From Podarcis filfolensis (Eukaryota), in assembly GCA_964270895.1 (NCBI GenBank), contig OZ185444.1: a DNA stretch of 64,000 nt. One strand, 5' to 3'. The stretch's first letter is position 1; each line of letters opens with the position of its first letter. The position numbers and the translations under genes were made by a program. Below are positions 50,853-64,000 of this stretch, in pieces. The notes beneath the pieces were generated by a model, which was not told the DNA's origin, did no database searches, and saw nothing but the letters and a program-made list of their open reading frames with translations.

Positions 50853-52354
50853 CTGAAAAACAAAGAGGATTATTAATTAATTATTCACTGCACACGGTGT
50901 TTTACAGAGTACAGGTCCATGCACAAGGAGAAGGGACAAACCGAAGGCAGGGTATATAGGAGGCCCAACCAACTCCCAAGAGACTGCGATCTACTTCCAA
51001 TTAAAAAAAACTGGCAGTGGTCTACCAGAGTTGAGTTTTGGGGGGGGGATGCCCCGGAGTTGTTGAGCTTAGGCCAAGTTACAGTATGGCATGGGAATGA
51101 GAGGCTTACACCAATGGCTTCACATAAATGGTAGGATTTGAGGGAGGATTTAAAGGAAAGTAAGAACGCACAGTTGTTCTGGGAAATGGTTGCAAATATG
51201 GGAGGAAAGGGTGGCATCTTTTGAGAAAGCAGGATTTCTTCAGGGGCTGGAGCTGGACGAGGTAAAATTATGGGTAGGGATGCACTGGATATAAGAGTGG
51301 GAAGATCAGGGTGGACACATTAGTCCTCACAATAGACATGCTATTCCTCACTCCCTACAACATTTCATGAGTAAAGACATATGAATGTCTTCCAGTGTTA
51401 CTAAGAGTAAAATGGGATTTGCTGTCCCATGTGGTCATCCCATGCCACTCTGATAGCTTTAAAATATCATTTCAGGCACAAGCCTATGAACACAGCTGCT
51501 TCCCAATCCAGAGGTCTATAAAACTTCTTCCTATATCAATTTCAGAATTTTTTTTGCGCAGCATTTTCAGTCCTACCTATACTATTAATCACATCTTCCT
51601 ATAACCTTTAGACCAAACATTCCCAATATTAAATTTCTAAAGCTAACCAAATAGTGGTACCAACAAACTGGACAGATTCTTCCATGTTCAAAAAATGAAA
51701 TAGCTATGTCTTAAGAGTTGTACACATTTTAATTAACAGCTTAAGTAATACCCAAAACATCCTAACACCCATTCATAGATTCAATCCCAAGAGTATAGCT
51801 TTTATAGTGCATCAACTTCCAATCTAATAAAACATACCTGTTTATTTTTGAGATACTGCTTTTTGTTAATAAGAATTGCACATTCTGATGTCATGCCATG
51901 TTGCTTCAAAGCCCCCACTTTTTAAATCTTTCAATACTGCTATATTGCCCTCTAGAGACTTCACTATGAAAGTGCAAATTTCTTCAATTTTTCCACCAGT
52001 AGGGATTCTGTTCTGCTCTTGGAAAATATTGTACTCTCAATATTAAAATATCCACCATAAATTTATTGTGGTTAACAGACCAGAGATAAGACCAAAAATA
52101 AAGCGATACAATGTACCATACTCTTAAGTATAGGGCAAAATTCAAAGCAAAAGCTTAGGTAAAGCAAATTCTAAGGGATATTTCTTTTCCAGACCTTTTG
52201 GATTACTCATCCGCAACCTGCTCATCTTGTTCCTTAGACATTTTTTTATTATGCTCCTTTTCAGTTAGCTGCTTATTTTAGGAGTATTTTAGGAGTATGC
52301 ATGTATTTAAACACAGTGTGGCTTTTACTCATAATAACCAAGAGGTAGAATGTG

Positions 52355-52485
52355 TGTTCTCGAAGCAACAAACATGAGTCTGACCAAACTGCGGGAGGCA
52401 GTGGAAGACAGAAGTGCCTGGCGTGCTCTGGTCCATGGGGTCACGAAGAGTCGGACACGACTAAACGACTAAACAACAACAACAA
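52355..52485 (+). mobile_element. 5'-truncated BovB (RTE) 3' end
   Basis: CATGAGTCTGACCAAACTGCGGGAGGCAGTGGAAGACAG...GCCTGGCGTGCTCTGGTCCATGGGGTCACGAAGAGTCGGACACGACTAAACGACTAAAC(AAC)n. Possible TSD AGAATGTGT / AGAATCTGT. Confidence 0.88.
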
Positions 52486-55400
52486 AGAATCTGTGGAACA
52501 CGTTCCTTTTATTTTTGTGATGTTTATGCTGGAGCTTATTGGCAAATGATTGCCCAAAGTGGCTGAACTACCTAGAAGGTCAGCTCCATTTTATATAAAA
52601 TACTTGCTGGGATATAAAATCCCAAAGGCTTCAACCATATAGGTATACAACCATACAGGCTGGATCCTCCACAAGCTCACCAAAGGGTTGTGTATGTACA
52701 AAATATCTACGGTAATTAAATTACTCCAACATACAGCTGTCCAACACACATAGGCATGAAAGCATCCTAGTTCTCAAAGCATTAGTAGAATATCTGAGAT
52801 GTACCACTTCCAAGTGGAAACTCCCATGTTGAATATTTTAGGATACAAGTAAATCCCATCCACATAGAAAAGCAGGTATCAAGGAGAAAGTTGCATGGGG
52901 TTTTAAATATTTTTCAGATGGAGGAACATTTGATTCTGCAATTGGTCACATGCACTTAGAAGCAGAACATCTCAGAGATTTTACCCCCTCAATGATAATT
53001 AGGGCGTAATTACCAAGATTACTCTACCGTAGAGAAGATCCTGACATGACAGGTTAAGCCACTGATTTATCTGCAAAATTTAAGAATGAATCCTCAGATC
53101 TCCCTTTGCCAGAACCTCCTATTCTTCCTGAAGATTGAGCAAAATCTCTTTTCCTCAGCCTCTTTTTACACACAGCAACCATCTATCCTTTGCTTCCCAC
53201 TCAGTTCAACCTCTTTCCTTTGGGAAAGCAGGGGGTCAGTAGAGATTTATCTTGCCTAGGTTGACTTGAGCTGGCCTTGCATAGCTGTTCTCTTCTTACT
53301 AAACTACCAAACCCTGTCCCAGTTATAAACACAGCAATATAAACCCACTGCATCCCCTAGTGGCAGTTGCCACTCTGTATATATGACAAAACTACACTTT
53401 TCTTCATTGATTCAACGTGGCAAGTGAAAAACATTATAACACTGAGCACACAAGACTTTAGGGAAGGGAAATGAATTAACATATATACCTAATTTTTCAT
53501 TCTGAATTTTGAAAGGCTTGCAGCCCACCCCCCTCCCTGAATCCTCCATTTCAAATTTCATATGGGTAATATGAGTCATACTGATTTTTATAAAGGAACA
53601 GAATTTGTGGTTTTAATAGATTGTCTCACACCTTAATTACAGAATGACGCCTATGGCTCTTTAATATAAGTGTAATGTGGGCAGTAATTATAATAAGAAA
53701 TACACATAGTTTAGTCTTATACTTAAAAGGTGAAGGCTTAGCCCACTAGAAGGATTAAGCATTTAGTTATGAGGTAAAGTCTTGGATAGGAGTTCCTTCA
53801 GAGATGTTATTAAGCAACCATAAAAGCTTTTAGTTGCTTGAAGCCCACTTGCGTTCAAAGAACAAGTGAGCTGAGCTACCGCATTGGTAGGGAATCTGTG
53901 GCCTTCAGATGTTGCTAGACTATACAACTGCCATCATACCTGACCACTGGCTATGCTCGTTGGGGTTGATGGGAGTTGGTGTTTAACAGGTTCCCCATTC
54001 CTTGGGGTACAATCTGCTAGGCAAGGAAGGGAAATCCTCTTCTCAACTTGCAGTCACACACACTGAATGTGGATACTGAGAAGAGATCCCAGACACTAAC
54101 ATAAACCAGAAAAACAGGAATCCAAACTCTCACCATTCAGTTCCAGTAACATGATTTACTGAAGAGGCACCTTTCAGTGACGGTGGAACTTCCAGGTGAG
54201 ACAGAACTGCTGCTCCTATATAGGGCTCAGTCTAAGACTAACTGCTGCTGAAGCAATATCCGAGCAGGGCACACTTTGAAAATATGGCACCCTGTGCAAG
54301 GCTAAAATTTGTGTAACTGCCCCACCCGGTTGTGACTAGACACTATCCAACAGGAGCCCCACAATGCACTTACGACTGGATTCCATTCAGCACTTCCCTG
54401 GCAATCTCAACTGAGAAGCTGGGATTGGGCGAGAACAAGTGACAAAATATTGGTGTTTGAATGTTGAGTAAATGCAACATTCACACAGCAGAAATTCAGT
54501 TACGAGCAGATATATTGATAGTCGCAACTATACATTTTTCTTTTTTAAAATGACTACAGAGTGCCTAAACTGTTTAAGAAGTACAAATTCAAAACAGAAA
54601 TTCACACAATGGAACTAGTTGTGTGAAACTTTGGATCTCAGTCTCTACATATGATGTCTCAAGACTTTTCCAGTACAAAAAAGAGCTTGTCAACCTTGCT
54701 CACTATAGTAGTGTGTTACAATTAGTTAAGAGAAGAGCTCTTCAAAAGAATGGTGTCAGCTATCTGAGAAGACTTTAGCAGGCAGTTCCTTTTAATTGTA
54801 TTCCAACAGGAGTAGTGCTAAATATTGCTTATTTATAGTCCCAAGAGAAACATTTGATAGCTGCCTATATATTTTTCATTTATCTCTCCAATATTGGGTT
54901 CTAGCAAGAACCCCTGGCTGGATTAGGAACATGGTACTGAATCAAGGCCTCTCAGCTGCTCTCTCTTCAAAATAGGAGCAGCAGCATTATGCACACTTTT
55001 AAAAAAGCTTAAAACAAGTAACACACTGTTTAGCCCCCGCCAAAACGCCATGATTCTTTGCATTACACAGTAAGCTAATTAGAGCTTACCAGGAATGCAT
55101 AGGCTCCTGAAGAGGAGCTCATCCCTCTTTGCTTCTCTCTCTAGTCCTTCTTTATTGCACTGAGCTAATCCACGGTTTGGCAAAGTGTGGTGTTCAAACC
55201 TGGGCTCACAGTTAAGCTCTCATCTTGTTAATTTTGAGTTGTAGACAAGAATAAACCCTGGCTACAGCTCATGGCTAGTTAAGAGAGAACTTCACCACAC
55301 ACTTGGTTTTCGGTGGCATGCTAAACATGGGAATAAAAAAGGCTTGAAGAAGCAAAGTATCTGTGACTTCTCCAAAAGCCTGTGCAGTCCCACAGCCATA

Positions 55401-56149
55401 GTTCGGCTTACTGGGTCATGCGAACTAGGCCAATGAAATATTCTTCAGAACTATTGCATTATTCACATGCAAACTTAGGCAGATTTAAAGCAAAACTCAG
55501 ATGATTAATTGAATAAGATTTCCTTCATCAAGCAACAGCACTGCAGTAATAAAATCAAAATACTGAGATATAACCCCACAAGAGAACCTTAGCAAATTTA
55601 AATAATTAATTAAAAAATAGCTAAAGATATTTAAGACAGCAAGTCAATATAGAAACAACACAATTCTGTGCTTTATCTATTAGCAAGATCTTTTATTTGT
55701 TTACTATCACATGGATGGCTACTAGCTTCCACTTTTCTATTAAAACAGGGAGATTATCGCCAACAGAACAAGGTTACTAGTCACTATCGTACAGACTAAA
55801 TTATACTCTAATCAACCGAGCCATATATACGTGTTCCATTTTGAGAATGATTTAAATTTAGTTTTCCAACTTTAAAAAAACCTAAGGCCCCTACTATTTT
55901 CACATTCTTGTTTATTTTCTTAAGTCACAGCAGACTTAAGCTTGTGCGCATGTACACACACATGTGCTTGCACACAAATGTGCAGTTTCTGTAGTTCAGC
56001 TATTCCACCTCCCTCTGCTACTCTTGTGTCTGATCATTCATTAAAAGCTCGGCACTTGACAGTGTCTAGTGGAAGAAGCTAATCATGTCACGATCTGGGA
56101 ATATGATAATATAGCTCTTTACATGTTGTAGCAGAAATCATTTACTTAC

Positions 56150-56186
56150 TTGAGGATCCCTGGCAGTCTTTGATCTCATCATGATG
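56150..56186 (-). CDS. OSBPL8: OSBPL8 coding exon 2 (37-nt micro-exon)
   Basis: HHDEIKDCQGSS+a. AAG / GTAAGT ends. Same length and phases as the recalled human LLGDSKDVLGPS exon. Confidence 0.85.
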
Positions 56187-58089
56187 CTTGAGGTGACGTG
56201 CAATTGAGTACGCAGAACAGCAGACAAAAGCAGCAAGGCCAAAAATGGAGAGGGAGAATTTAGCAGAGGAGGCAGCCACAATTAAAGGCAAGAGAGAGAA
56301 AGGGAAACAGCATGTTAGTTTGAAACTAAAAATAAAAAATGCACATCAGTCCCGATTAATTTTCTTAAGAACAACATAGCACAAAAAAAGAGAGAAAACA
56401 AAACAAGTGTGCTTAGCAACAGGCCATTATTAGCTTTGCTACAGTTAATGAATGACTAATTTCTCCAGAAGTACAAATACTTTTCAAAATTATTTTTCAC
56501 TCATCCAATCACATAACACACCAACTTCCACTGTAAAAGGGATGCCTTTTACAATAAAGGAAGTTTAATTTTCATTCAATCTATTAATAGTAGAAAGTAG
56601 CTGCAGAACTTAAAATCAAGTCTTTACCTTCAGTTGACAACAGCTAACTAAATTCTACTGTATAATACTACATCAAATATAGTGAGTTAGAATGAAATCT
56701 TGCTCTGAGGGAGATGCATACAATATTGTCAAGTATATTATTAAAAATATGGATTTCAACTAGGCATAATAATTTCTTCCAATAGCAAACTGTGGTAATT
56801 GAATGAATATCAATTTGGAAGCAAAACAGGGTAACCCAAAAAAAGGTGGGGGGTGAAGTGGGGGGGGTAGTCCATAGGCAGCCTTGGGGAAGTGGGTGAG
56901 AAAAACGTTTGATGAATAGTATGAAAGTTAAAAATACTTCCTTCCTTCAACTACAGTGAGATAAGTCAACCCTGACATTAGGCAAAGTGAGGCAACTGCT
57001 CCAAGCAGAAGCACCACCACCACCAAATGTTCATTCTGTGCAACTCCCATTTCCATTTGTTGCTACACAACCTCTCCTGGGTACCCCTAAACTGGCATGT
57101 TTTCTTAGCATGATGAAGAATGCAACCTGAACATCATGAGAAGATTCCCATTTCCATTCAGCTAAAGCTCTGAATAGAACTCCTCTCATAGACGGGATGT
57201 TCTACAACTCTTTGGGTTCCCACTTGAATGATATAAAATTACATACTGAAAGAATTATACAATATCCTTTGTTATTATTAAGCATTGTTTTAAAATTGCA
57301 CCATGCATTTAAATTATTTAAAACCTGACCGGCACAAACAACTACTAATAGTACATCAAAACTGTTAGCAAGAGTTGCTGTAAAAGGCTGTCAGTCTAAG
57401 CAGAGGAAGAGATGCTTGGCCTTCTTCATTTTCGTCTCTCCTCCCCTTGTTCAAACATGTCTCCCCCAGCTGCTTTTCCACTGGGGGGGGGGGTTTAGAG
57501 ATGAGTACAGGGGTAGGGGGAGTTCTTCCTTGGGGAAGAAAATTAGCTGTGGGGGATTTTGAACAATACATTCTGAAGGGAGGGTAGTGTAGTCTTTCTT
57601 CCATGGTTACTTTTAATATAAAAAGAAACACAGACCATCACACACATCTCTTTTGGCCCTTACAGATATGGGAAAGCCAGAAACACATGTGTCTAACAGT
57701 TCTTTGTCATTCAGCACTTTAGTGGAGAAAGAAAAAAAAAATCATGATAAAATCAGAAATGTATGATTTTTAAAATAGTATCCTTTTGGAGGTGTTCTTT
57801 TGTTAAAAGTGAAAGATCTGCTATGCAGTCTAAACTTGATTCGTACCTACCTTAATAAGCAACTGTCTAAATAGTTGCATGGCTGAATATTTACATGTTC
57901 ATTACTATAATAATAATAATATTCAGTATGCATCTGAAATTCATTATGCTTAAACTATGGTGTTAACTAAAAACCTTACCTCAAATCTATTAAAATACTT
58001 CCTTCTCTGTTTAAAGATTCCTGTCTGTTATCTCTACTAAAGGAAAAGAAAATGTACCATATTAAATCAAGTTTTTTTTGGGGGGGGGG

Positions 58090-58357
58090 GCTAGCATAGC
58101 TCAGTGGTAGACTATGTGGTCTCAGGATCAATCCCTAAAACCTCCAGAGAGGGATGAGAAACATCTCTGTCTGGAATCCTAGAAAGCTATTGTCAGTCAG
58201 TGCAGACAATAGTGTGCTAGATCAGGGGTAGCCTTCCAGTTTTTGGTGAGGGCTTGTGGGAGTGGGGAGTTGTAGTTCAACATCTAAAGGACACCACACT
58301 GGTTACTCCTGAGCTATGTAGTTCTTAGTCAGGCTGTATAAGGCAGCTCCCCATGTT
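58090..58357 (+). mobile_element. tRNA-derived SINE with a nested short repeat
   Basis: TAGCTCAGTGG A-box head, then GTCAGTCAGTGCAGACAATAGT...TATAAGGCAGCTCCCCATGTT. Interrupted at ~58224-58312 by the GGGAGTTGTAGTTCAACATCT family. Confidence 0.6.
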
Positions 58358-60593
58358 TCAAAAACATGGGGAGTGGATCATGACGCACTCTGAAGTAGGT
58401 TAAACTAGCAACACTTTTGCTAAGAAAAGTAGGAAGATCTGCACACAGTCAAAAATAAAAATAACAATCAGGACTGTGTCCCGTATTGCAGATAAAAGGT
58501 TATAAGCAAGTTCAGTATCTGAAAAGTTTGAAAAACAACTCGCTACAAGAGAACTTTTGCCTTGCATTGGCGGTAACATAATTAAATAATGTTCAAGATT
58601 ATGGAATATGTTTGCACTGATAATGTTATGGAGGCACTTTGGGACTGTTTGAAGTTAGCATAACACATCTGAGAGCAATGCTACACATTTTAACGGACTT
58701 TTATTTTAGTTATAGATTTAAATAATAATAATGGTAAGTCAAACTGTCATGAAACAATAGATCGAGTGTTGCAAATCAACTAGAATAATCACTTGCTAAA
58801 TGAATGTCTTCCAAGCTCATTGTGAAAACTACATGTCATCTCTCATGCAATGCTTTGAAGAAAAGAGGAGGAGAAAGACAGAAATAGCATCTTAAGCATA
58901 AATGACTCAGATGAGTCTTACAATGGAGCAACTATATTATCAGTACTTACATGATAAAATAGAGCAGAGGATAGTCTAGCCATTAAGACCTCCACAAGCC
59001 TGTACAACTGAGCAAATGCCAACAAGAGAAGCACTGAAATGGGAAAGCTGAGTGAAGCAGATAAAAGCTGATCGTCCAAGATTATTGTAATGGCCAGTAT
59101 GTAAATATTTCAGCACTGCATAGCTAATTACTTTCAAGGAGCTCCTAAGCAACAGGCTAACACACAAGTCTACTGAGATCTGCTACTGCTATATTGTACT
59201 CGTGAAAAAAATCCCTATATATACTGTACTGCCGCAAACTAATTAAAAGAGCTAAACTACAATTTGACAGCTCATATTACAGCTCATATTATGTAGAAAA
59301 TAAGCAAGAATTTAGTTTTTCAAACTCTTACAATGTAGCAGTTTACTTGTTGAATATAACAATTTATATAGAAGAAAATGACTTTTTCAAAAACTGGGAT
59401 TCAACATTTTCTATCATGTTGCTTACCTAATTAGAGATATAGAGATTGGAGATATAGTTATTTCTTTCACTTGTTCATTTAAACATTTTTCTAAATCTCA
59501 AGCTGATTCTGGTGAGCCTAGAATACAGGCGCATCCATTAGAGACAGGAAAAATGAATAATTTCACTAGTCAGTGGCATCTATTTGCCTTTGATTTTTTT
59601 GTCCTGGCCACAATATCATTAAATTGAAGCTTTAAATTAAGAAGTATATTCCAATTTGGTAGTGCTATCTCACACTCTTACCTTCCACATAGTTCAGGAA
59701 AAGCAGCCCAATTTTCAGAATGGCGTTTTGTTTAACACTGAGATCTTCTATGCTTCTTCTATGCTTTTTCTGTTCTAACAATATTCCAAATCTTTGCAAA
59801 CTACCACATGATGGAAGGCGGTTGCTTTCACAATTCTTTATCTACCACTACCATTTCCTGTTGCAGTTGCTATATATTCTGCTTCTTGTGTAACCCTGTT
59901 ATTTCTTATTTCCTACCAGGTTCAACATGAGTTTTCTACTGGACCAGTTTAAACCAGCTGTCACCAACCTGGGGCCCACCAGAAGTTTGGGACTACAGCT
60001 CTTGCCAGCCCACCCATGCTGATGAGAGTTTTAGTCCAAGAGATCTGGAGGGCACCAGGTTGGTGGCGGCTGGTTTAAATTAAATCAGAAGTGTGAAAAG
60101 GGAAAAAGCAAGCAAACTGCAAGAGTTTATAAAAAGTATATTTGATATTCAATTTGTTGGGAAGTTTTTACATTGTAGACACGCAAGTTATGAAACACTG
60201 CAAGGTTCTACTCTACACTTTCTACTAAAATTCATCTGCTTTTGTGGTTTAAATTAGGTGCTACCAAAAGAACAAACCCACCAAAGCATTTCCCTCTTTT
60301 TTTCTTTTTTGGGGGTAGGGAATTCTTCTGACGATATGTGCTCAAACCTCAAATAACTCTCTTTTACACACCTTCCCAGTGGGGAAAATTGTTGATGTTT
60401 ATTGTAAATGGGAAGGGGCACCCCTATTCCCACTTACCTGAGATTAAGTCCTCCTGAACTCAATGGAATTACTTCTGAGTAGACATGTTTAGGATTGCAG
60501 TATTAGTTGGTTGTGAAGCTAAATGGCTGTCTGAGGAAATGCCCTTTGTTTAGGATTTAACCATTGCCAGTCACTATGTACAAAATTACTTAC

Positions 60594-60635
60594 CGAAGTT
60601 CTATCCGGCTCCCCTTCAAAGCTAGTTGTCTCCAT
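60594..60635 (-). CDS. OSBPL8: OSBPL8 coding exon 1 (ORP8L start)
   Basis: METTSFEGEPDRTS ~ human MEGGLADGEPDRTS. Donor TCG|GTAAGT. The 5' UTR part extends to acceptors at 60675/60681, so the non-coding first exon is probably outside the window. Confidence 0.93.
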
Positions 60636-61255
60636 AATGAAGCAGAACTTGTCTTTCACTTAAAGTCCTTCCATTCTGTATCTATCAAGAAAAAACACAC
60701 CTAAAATTAACTGTGAATATAGGTAACATATTGCAACTGAACGAATTACGTTTGATGAGTAACACAGCAGGACACATTGTTCACCACCAATACTATTTAT
60801 TTCTAAAAATAAACAAGAAAGCAGTATTTGTAGATGATATACTGCTGACTTTGTTAGAAAATAAAGAAAAGGTAGATAGGTGAGCAAATTTTGTTCTCCA
60901 AAGTATTTACACGATAGCTAACTGGATACAGATCGCTATTCAGTAATAGGCTATGTGAAGATTACTTGACTCTCAATTTAAATCAATAAGTTGATGAAAA
61001 TAAGCTGATGATACAATGAACAAGCTAGAATCGATTTCATAGTTCTTTGCAGTTCAGAGGTTGTCAAAGAGTGTGGCAAGCCACACTGGTGTGGCAGGAG
61101 GGGGTGGCAAGTGTGGCAGGAAAATTCAAGGACAGTCAAAGAAATATTTAAACATTTCAGTGTAATATAGCATATAGTATCAAAATAGTTGTTGTTTTTT
61201 AATTTGCAGAATATGGATAGATAGCTTTTCAAAATGAGAGCAAGAACGTCAAGTG

Positions 61256-61452
61256 TAGGGCTGCCATACATTTGGGATTCATCCTCCGAAAATAGCGTCC
61301 GGGCAGATTTCTCAGAAAGCGATTAAAATGTCCAGGAAAATCTGGGCATATGGCAGCCCTTTTTGGGGGGTGAATTTCCTAAAAAATAACTCAAAAAAAA
61401 CCTCAGCAACTTTTGTGCCTGGATTTGAACTTTTTGAAATATGGCAACCCTA
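61256..61452. mobile_element. hAT-type MITE
   Basis: TIR TAGGGCTGCCATA / TATGGCAACCCTA (12/13). 8-bp flanks GTCAAGTG / ACCAAGTG. An extra internal terminus lies near 61350. Confidence 0.75.
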
Positions 61453-62042
61453 ACCAAGTGATACTACAAGCTCACATCTCTCATTGAGTTTGTATAAATA
61501 TTTAAGGTACATATGTAAGAGGCTCATTTATAATTATATTTTGGGAATGATTCATGTTTTATACTTTCTGGGTGTCCCAGGATCATATTACAAAGTAATT
61601 GTGTCCCGTGTTATAAATCAAGCACTATTAGGAGCTCTTTCTTTTTGCTTTCCAATGTATTTCTTATCCATAAAAAAGTTGGTGTTGCAAGAGCAATTTT
61701 TTTTCCTGAGAGTGTGGCCCAGAGAAAAAAGTTTGAAAACCACTATTGTAGTTGATGTTATTAGCTTTTGGGAAATCATGAAAGGACTTCCCCTCAAGAC
61801 GTTATACGAGCAAAAACACAGAAAGCTGTTTTAAGCATAATTGGTGCACTGGGAAGTTGGGGGTTACAACTGAGGAAGGAAAGGTCAACACTTTTTCATC
61901 TGATGCAATCTCCATGAAAATAACACAGTCCTCCAGCAATTATGTTTTTTTAAAAAAGCTAAAGTTCCATGTGGTGTGGTAAGTGAAAGAAAGAGAGGAG
62001 GGGTGAGTGGGTGCTATGTGTGGGGTTGTATGAATGCATGTG

Positions 62043-62067
62043 TATGTGTGTGTGTGTGTGTGTGTGT
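62043..62067. repeat. (TG)n microsatellite
   Basis: Tandem TG run. Confidence 0.9.
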
Positions 62068-64000
62068 ACAAGAGAGGGAATGACCCCATCGACTTTTTGC
62101 ATTGGGTGCGTCTAAAACAGGCATGTGGCCCCCATAAGGTTAGCTATAAGGGGATGTGGCCCTCAGGCTGAAAAAGGTTTCCCATACCTACTGTAACCAA
62201 TTTGCATATAAATCACTTCTGTTTAAGAAGTTTTGAAGTACAATTTCATCATCATTATCAATGCCAATTAAATTCCCACAATCCTGTGTATACCATCCTC
62301 AACAACTGGTCTACAGTATCTGCAGCCATGATGTGAACTGCTCGCAGAAATTGTGGTTTCCACTAAATTTTCTGTATTGAATATAAACAGTACTATCCAA
62401 TAGTACTGAAAGCACAACACACAGAATTTTTTTGCCGTTGTACAAGAACTACTGACAGTGACTAGTGCTGGAAAAAGTTTATAAATCCACCCTTCCCCTA
62501 TAAAAGAAGCCAAAATAATTTTGTTATTGATGTTAGCAACAACAGAAATGCCATAACAGAAAGAAGAGTCTTTAAATCCTTAAAATCAAAGCAGCAAGAT
62601 GGTGAAAGAAACACATCCCAGCAGGAAATGTTTCTTTCATTCTCTCTAATAACACACAAACTTCTAGATAGAGACAGATATCAAAAGCTTGTTTGCATCA
62701 ATGCATTTGAGCAATGCCAGGACAAAAACAAATCAATAAAAATCTACGCAACTAACAACCCAATCATATGCATATTTCCTCTGAAGTAATTTACTTCCGA
62801 GGTGCCAGTGCACATAGCATTGCAGATTGAGGTCCAGTTGAAGTATAAAGACCCCACTCCAATGAACCACTGTTTATCAATTCAGGAACAAGCCTTGTAC
62901 CTTTCTAGTCATTCCTTCCCACCTTCCATCATACACTCAACATTGATTAAGATACCTGGTTTGTGAAGCCACAGCTTCTTGTGTTGTCTGAACCATGAAA
63001 CAGTAGTTTTAAGGCTTCCCCCAAATCAAGACCTGAAAGTAGAATCAGATCCTGGTTTGAAATGAGGTGGTTTTTTTTGTTCAAACTTCCTAGAAAACTG
63101 GATTAAAGAAACCATGAAAATTCCATCAAAGGTGGACACACAAAGGGAGAGGGAAGCGTTAGGAAAAATATGTGAACACTATCATTATCAGATGAAGATA
63201 CTAATGTCTGCACTGGGCCTAAAGAAAACTTCAGCTGAATTTAACTTTTAGAGGTAAGGCCTCATACTTACTGCACAGAACAGGCAAAGCCCTGATTATT
63301 TTGTTCCGAACAGCAGTGGAAGCCATGGTAATGTTAGCAACTCCCCCACCCCACCCAGCAATGTGCAAGGCTACAAGTTCATGCATCCATGCATTTTGCT
63401 GTAACTCCACCACAGTTCAACCACAGGATCTACCCCCATAGGTTATCTATGCAAAAGAAGAAGGAAGGGGTGAATTTGATACTGCCTTCTGGAATATACC
63501 AACTCTACATGGCCACCAAAATGAAATTTGAATTAAAATATACATACTAAAATAGAATGGCCAAATTTCATGTTATTTCAAAGTTTTAAGTTTAGTCATT
63601 TGCTTAGGACACAGGACTTACACATTTGGGGACAGCAAAGGGTAGGGATTCATTGGTTTATTCCAGCCTCACATTTAAACCACAAAATCTATACCAAAAT
63701 ATGTATTTTAAAATGTATTTACTCTCAATGTATGCATTCTAAACATATTTTATCCTAAAACATGCATTTATAAAATATGTTTACACTTTATAAAGCTGAG
63801 AACTGTATCACAAAATTTAAAGAAGTGCAAAACCTGAAGATACTTATATTCCAGGGGCTGTGATTTAAGTCAATTTGCTTAAAATGTGGGTCAAATGAAG
63901 TCTCCACCATCCCCAGCAAAGGACTTCAAAATAGTCACTGCTTGGTCATGTAACACATATTTCTTCTCCAATCAGTTACAGAGAGAAGTTTCTGCAGGCA

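Noticed and set aside
1-64000. Prokaryotic-style systems (CRISPR arrays, operons, defence islands) and RNA genes
   Set aside because: The sequence is spliced vertebrate genomic DNA. No regularly spaced repeat-spacer arrays were seen, and the tRNA-like boxes belong to SINE heads.

Overview
Eukaryotic, AT-rich vertebrate genomic DNA. The Sauria SINE, BovB and L2/CR1 content points to a squamate reptile, most likely a lacertid lizard. The window holds the complete coding structure of OSBPL8 (ORP8) on the minus strand: 23 GT-AG coding exons from 60635 down to 10786. I assembled them by hand into 2670 nt with consistent splice phases, giving 889 aa with a PH domain, an ORD carrying EQVSHHPP and a C-terminal TM anchor, followed by a ~4.1 kb 3' UTR. 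Two features are invisible in the ORF track. (1) A heavily decayed BBS10 pseudogene (frameshifts, stops, TE insertions) lies at the position where BBS10 sits in human, just downstream of OSBPL8. (2) An intact alternative first coding exon inside OSBPL8 intron 4 (36293-36428) encodes a basic, ORP5/OSBPL5-like N-terminus. With ORP8L (acidic N-terminus) and ORP8S (Met43 start), this would give three N-terminal versions of ORP8. The remainder is intron with SINEs, LINE fragments, MITEs, an LTR and microsatellites. I saw no rRNA, tRNA, CRISPR or prokaryotic features. All homology calls are from recalled sequences, not database searches.
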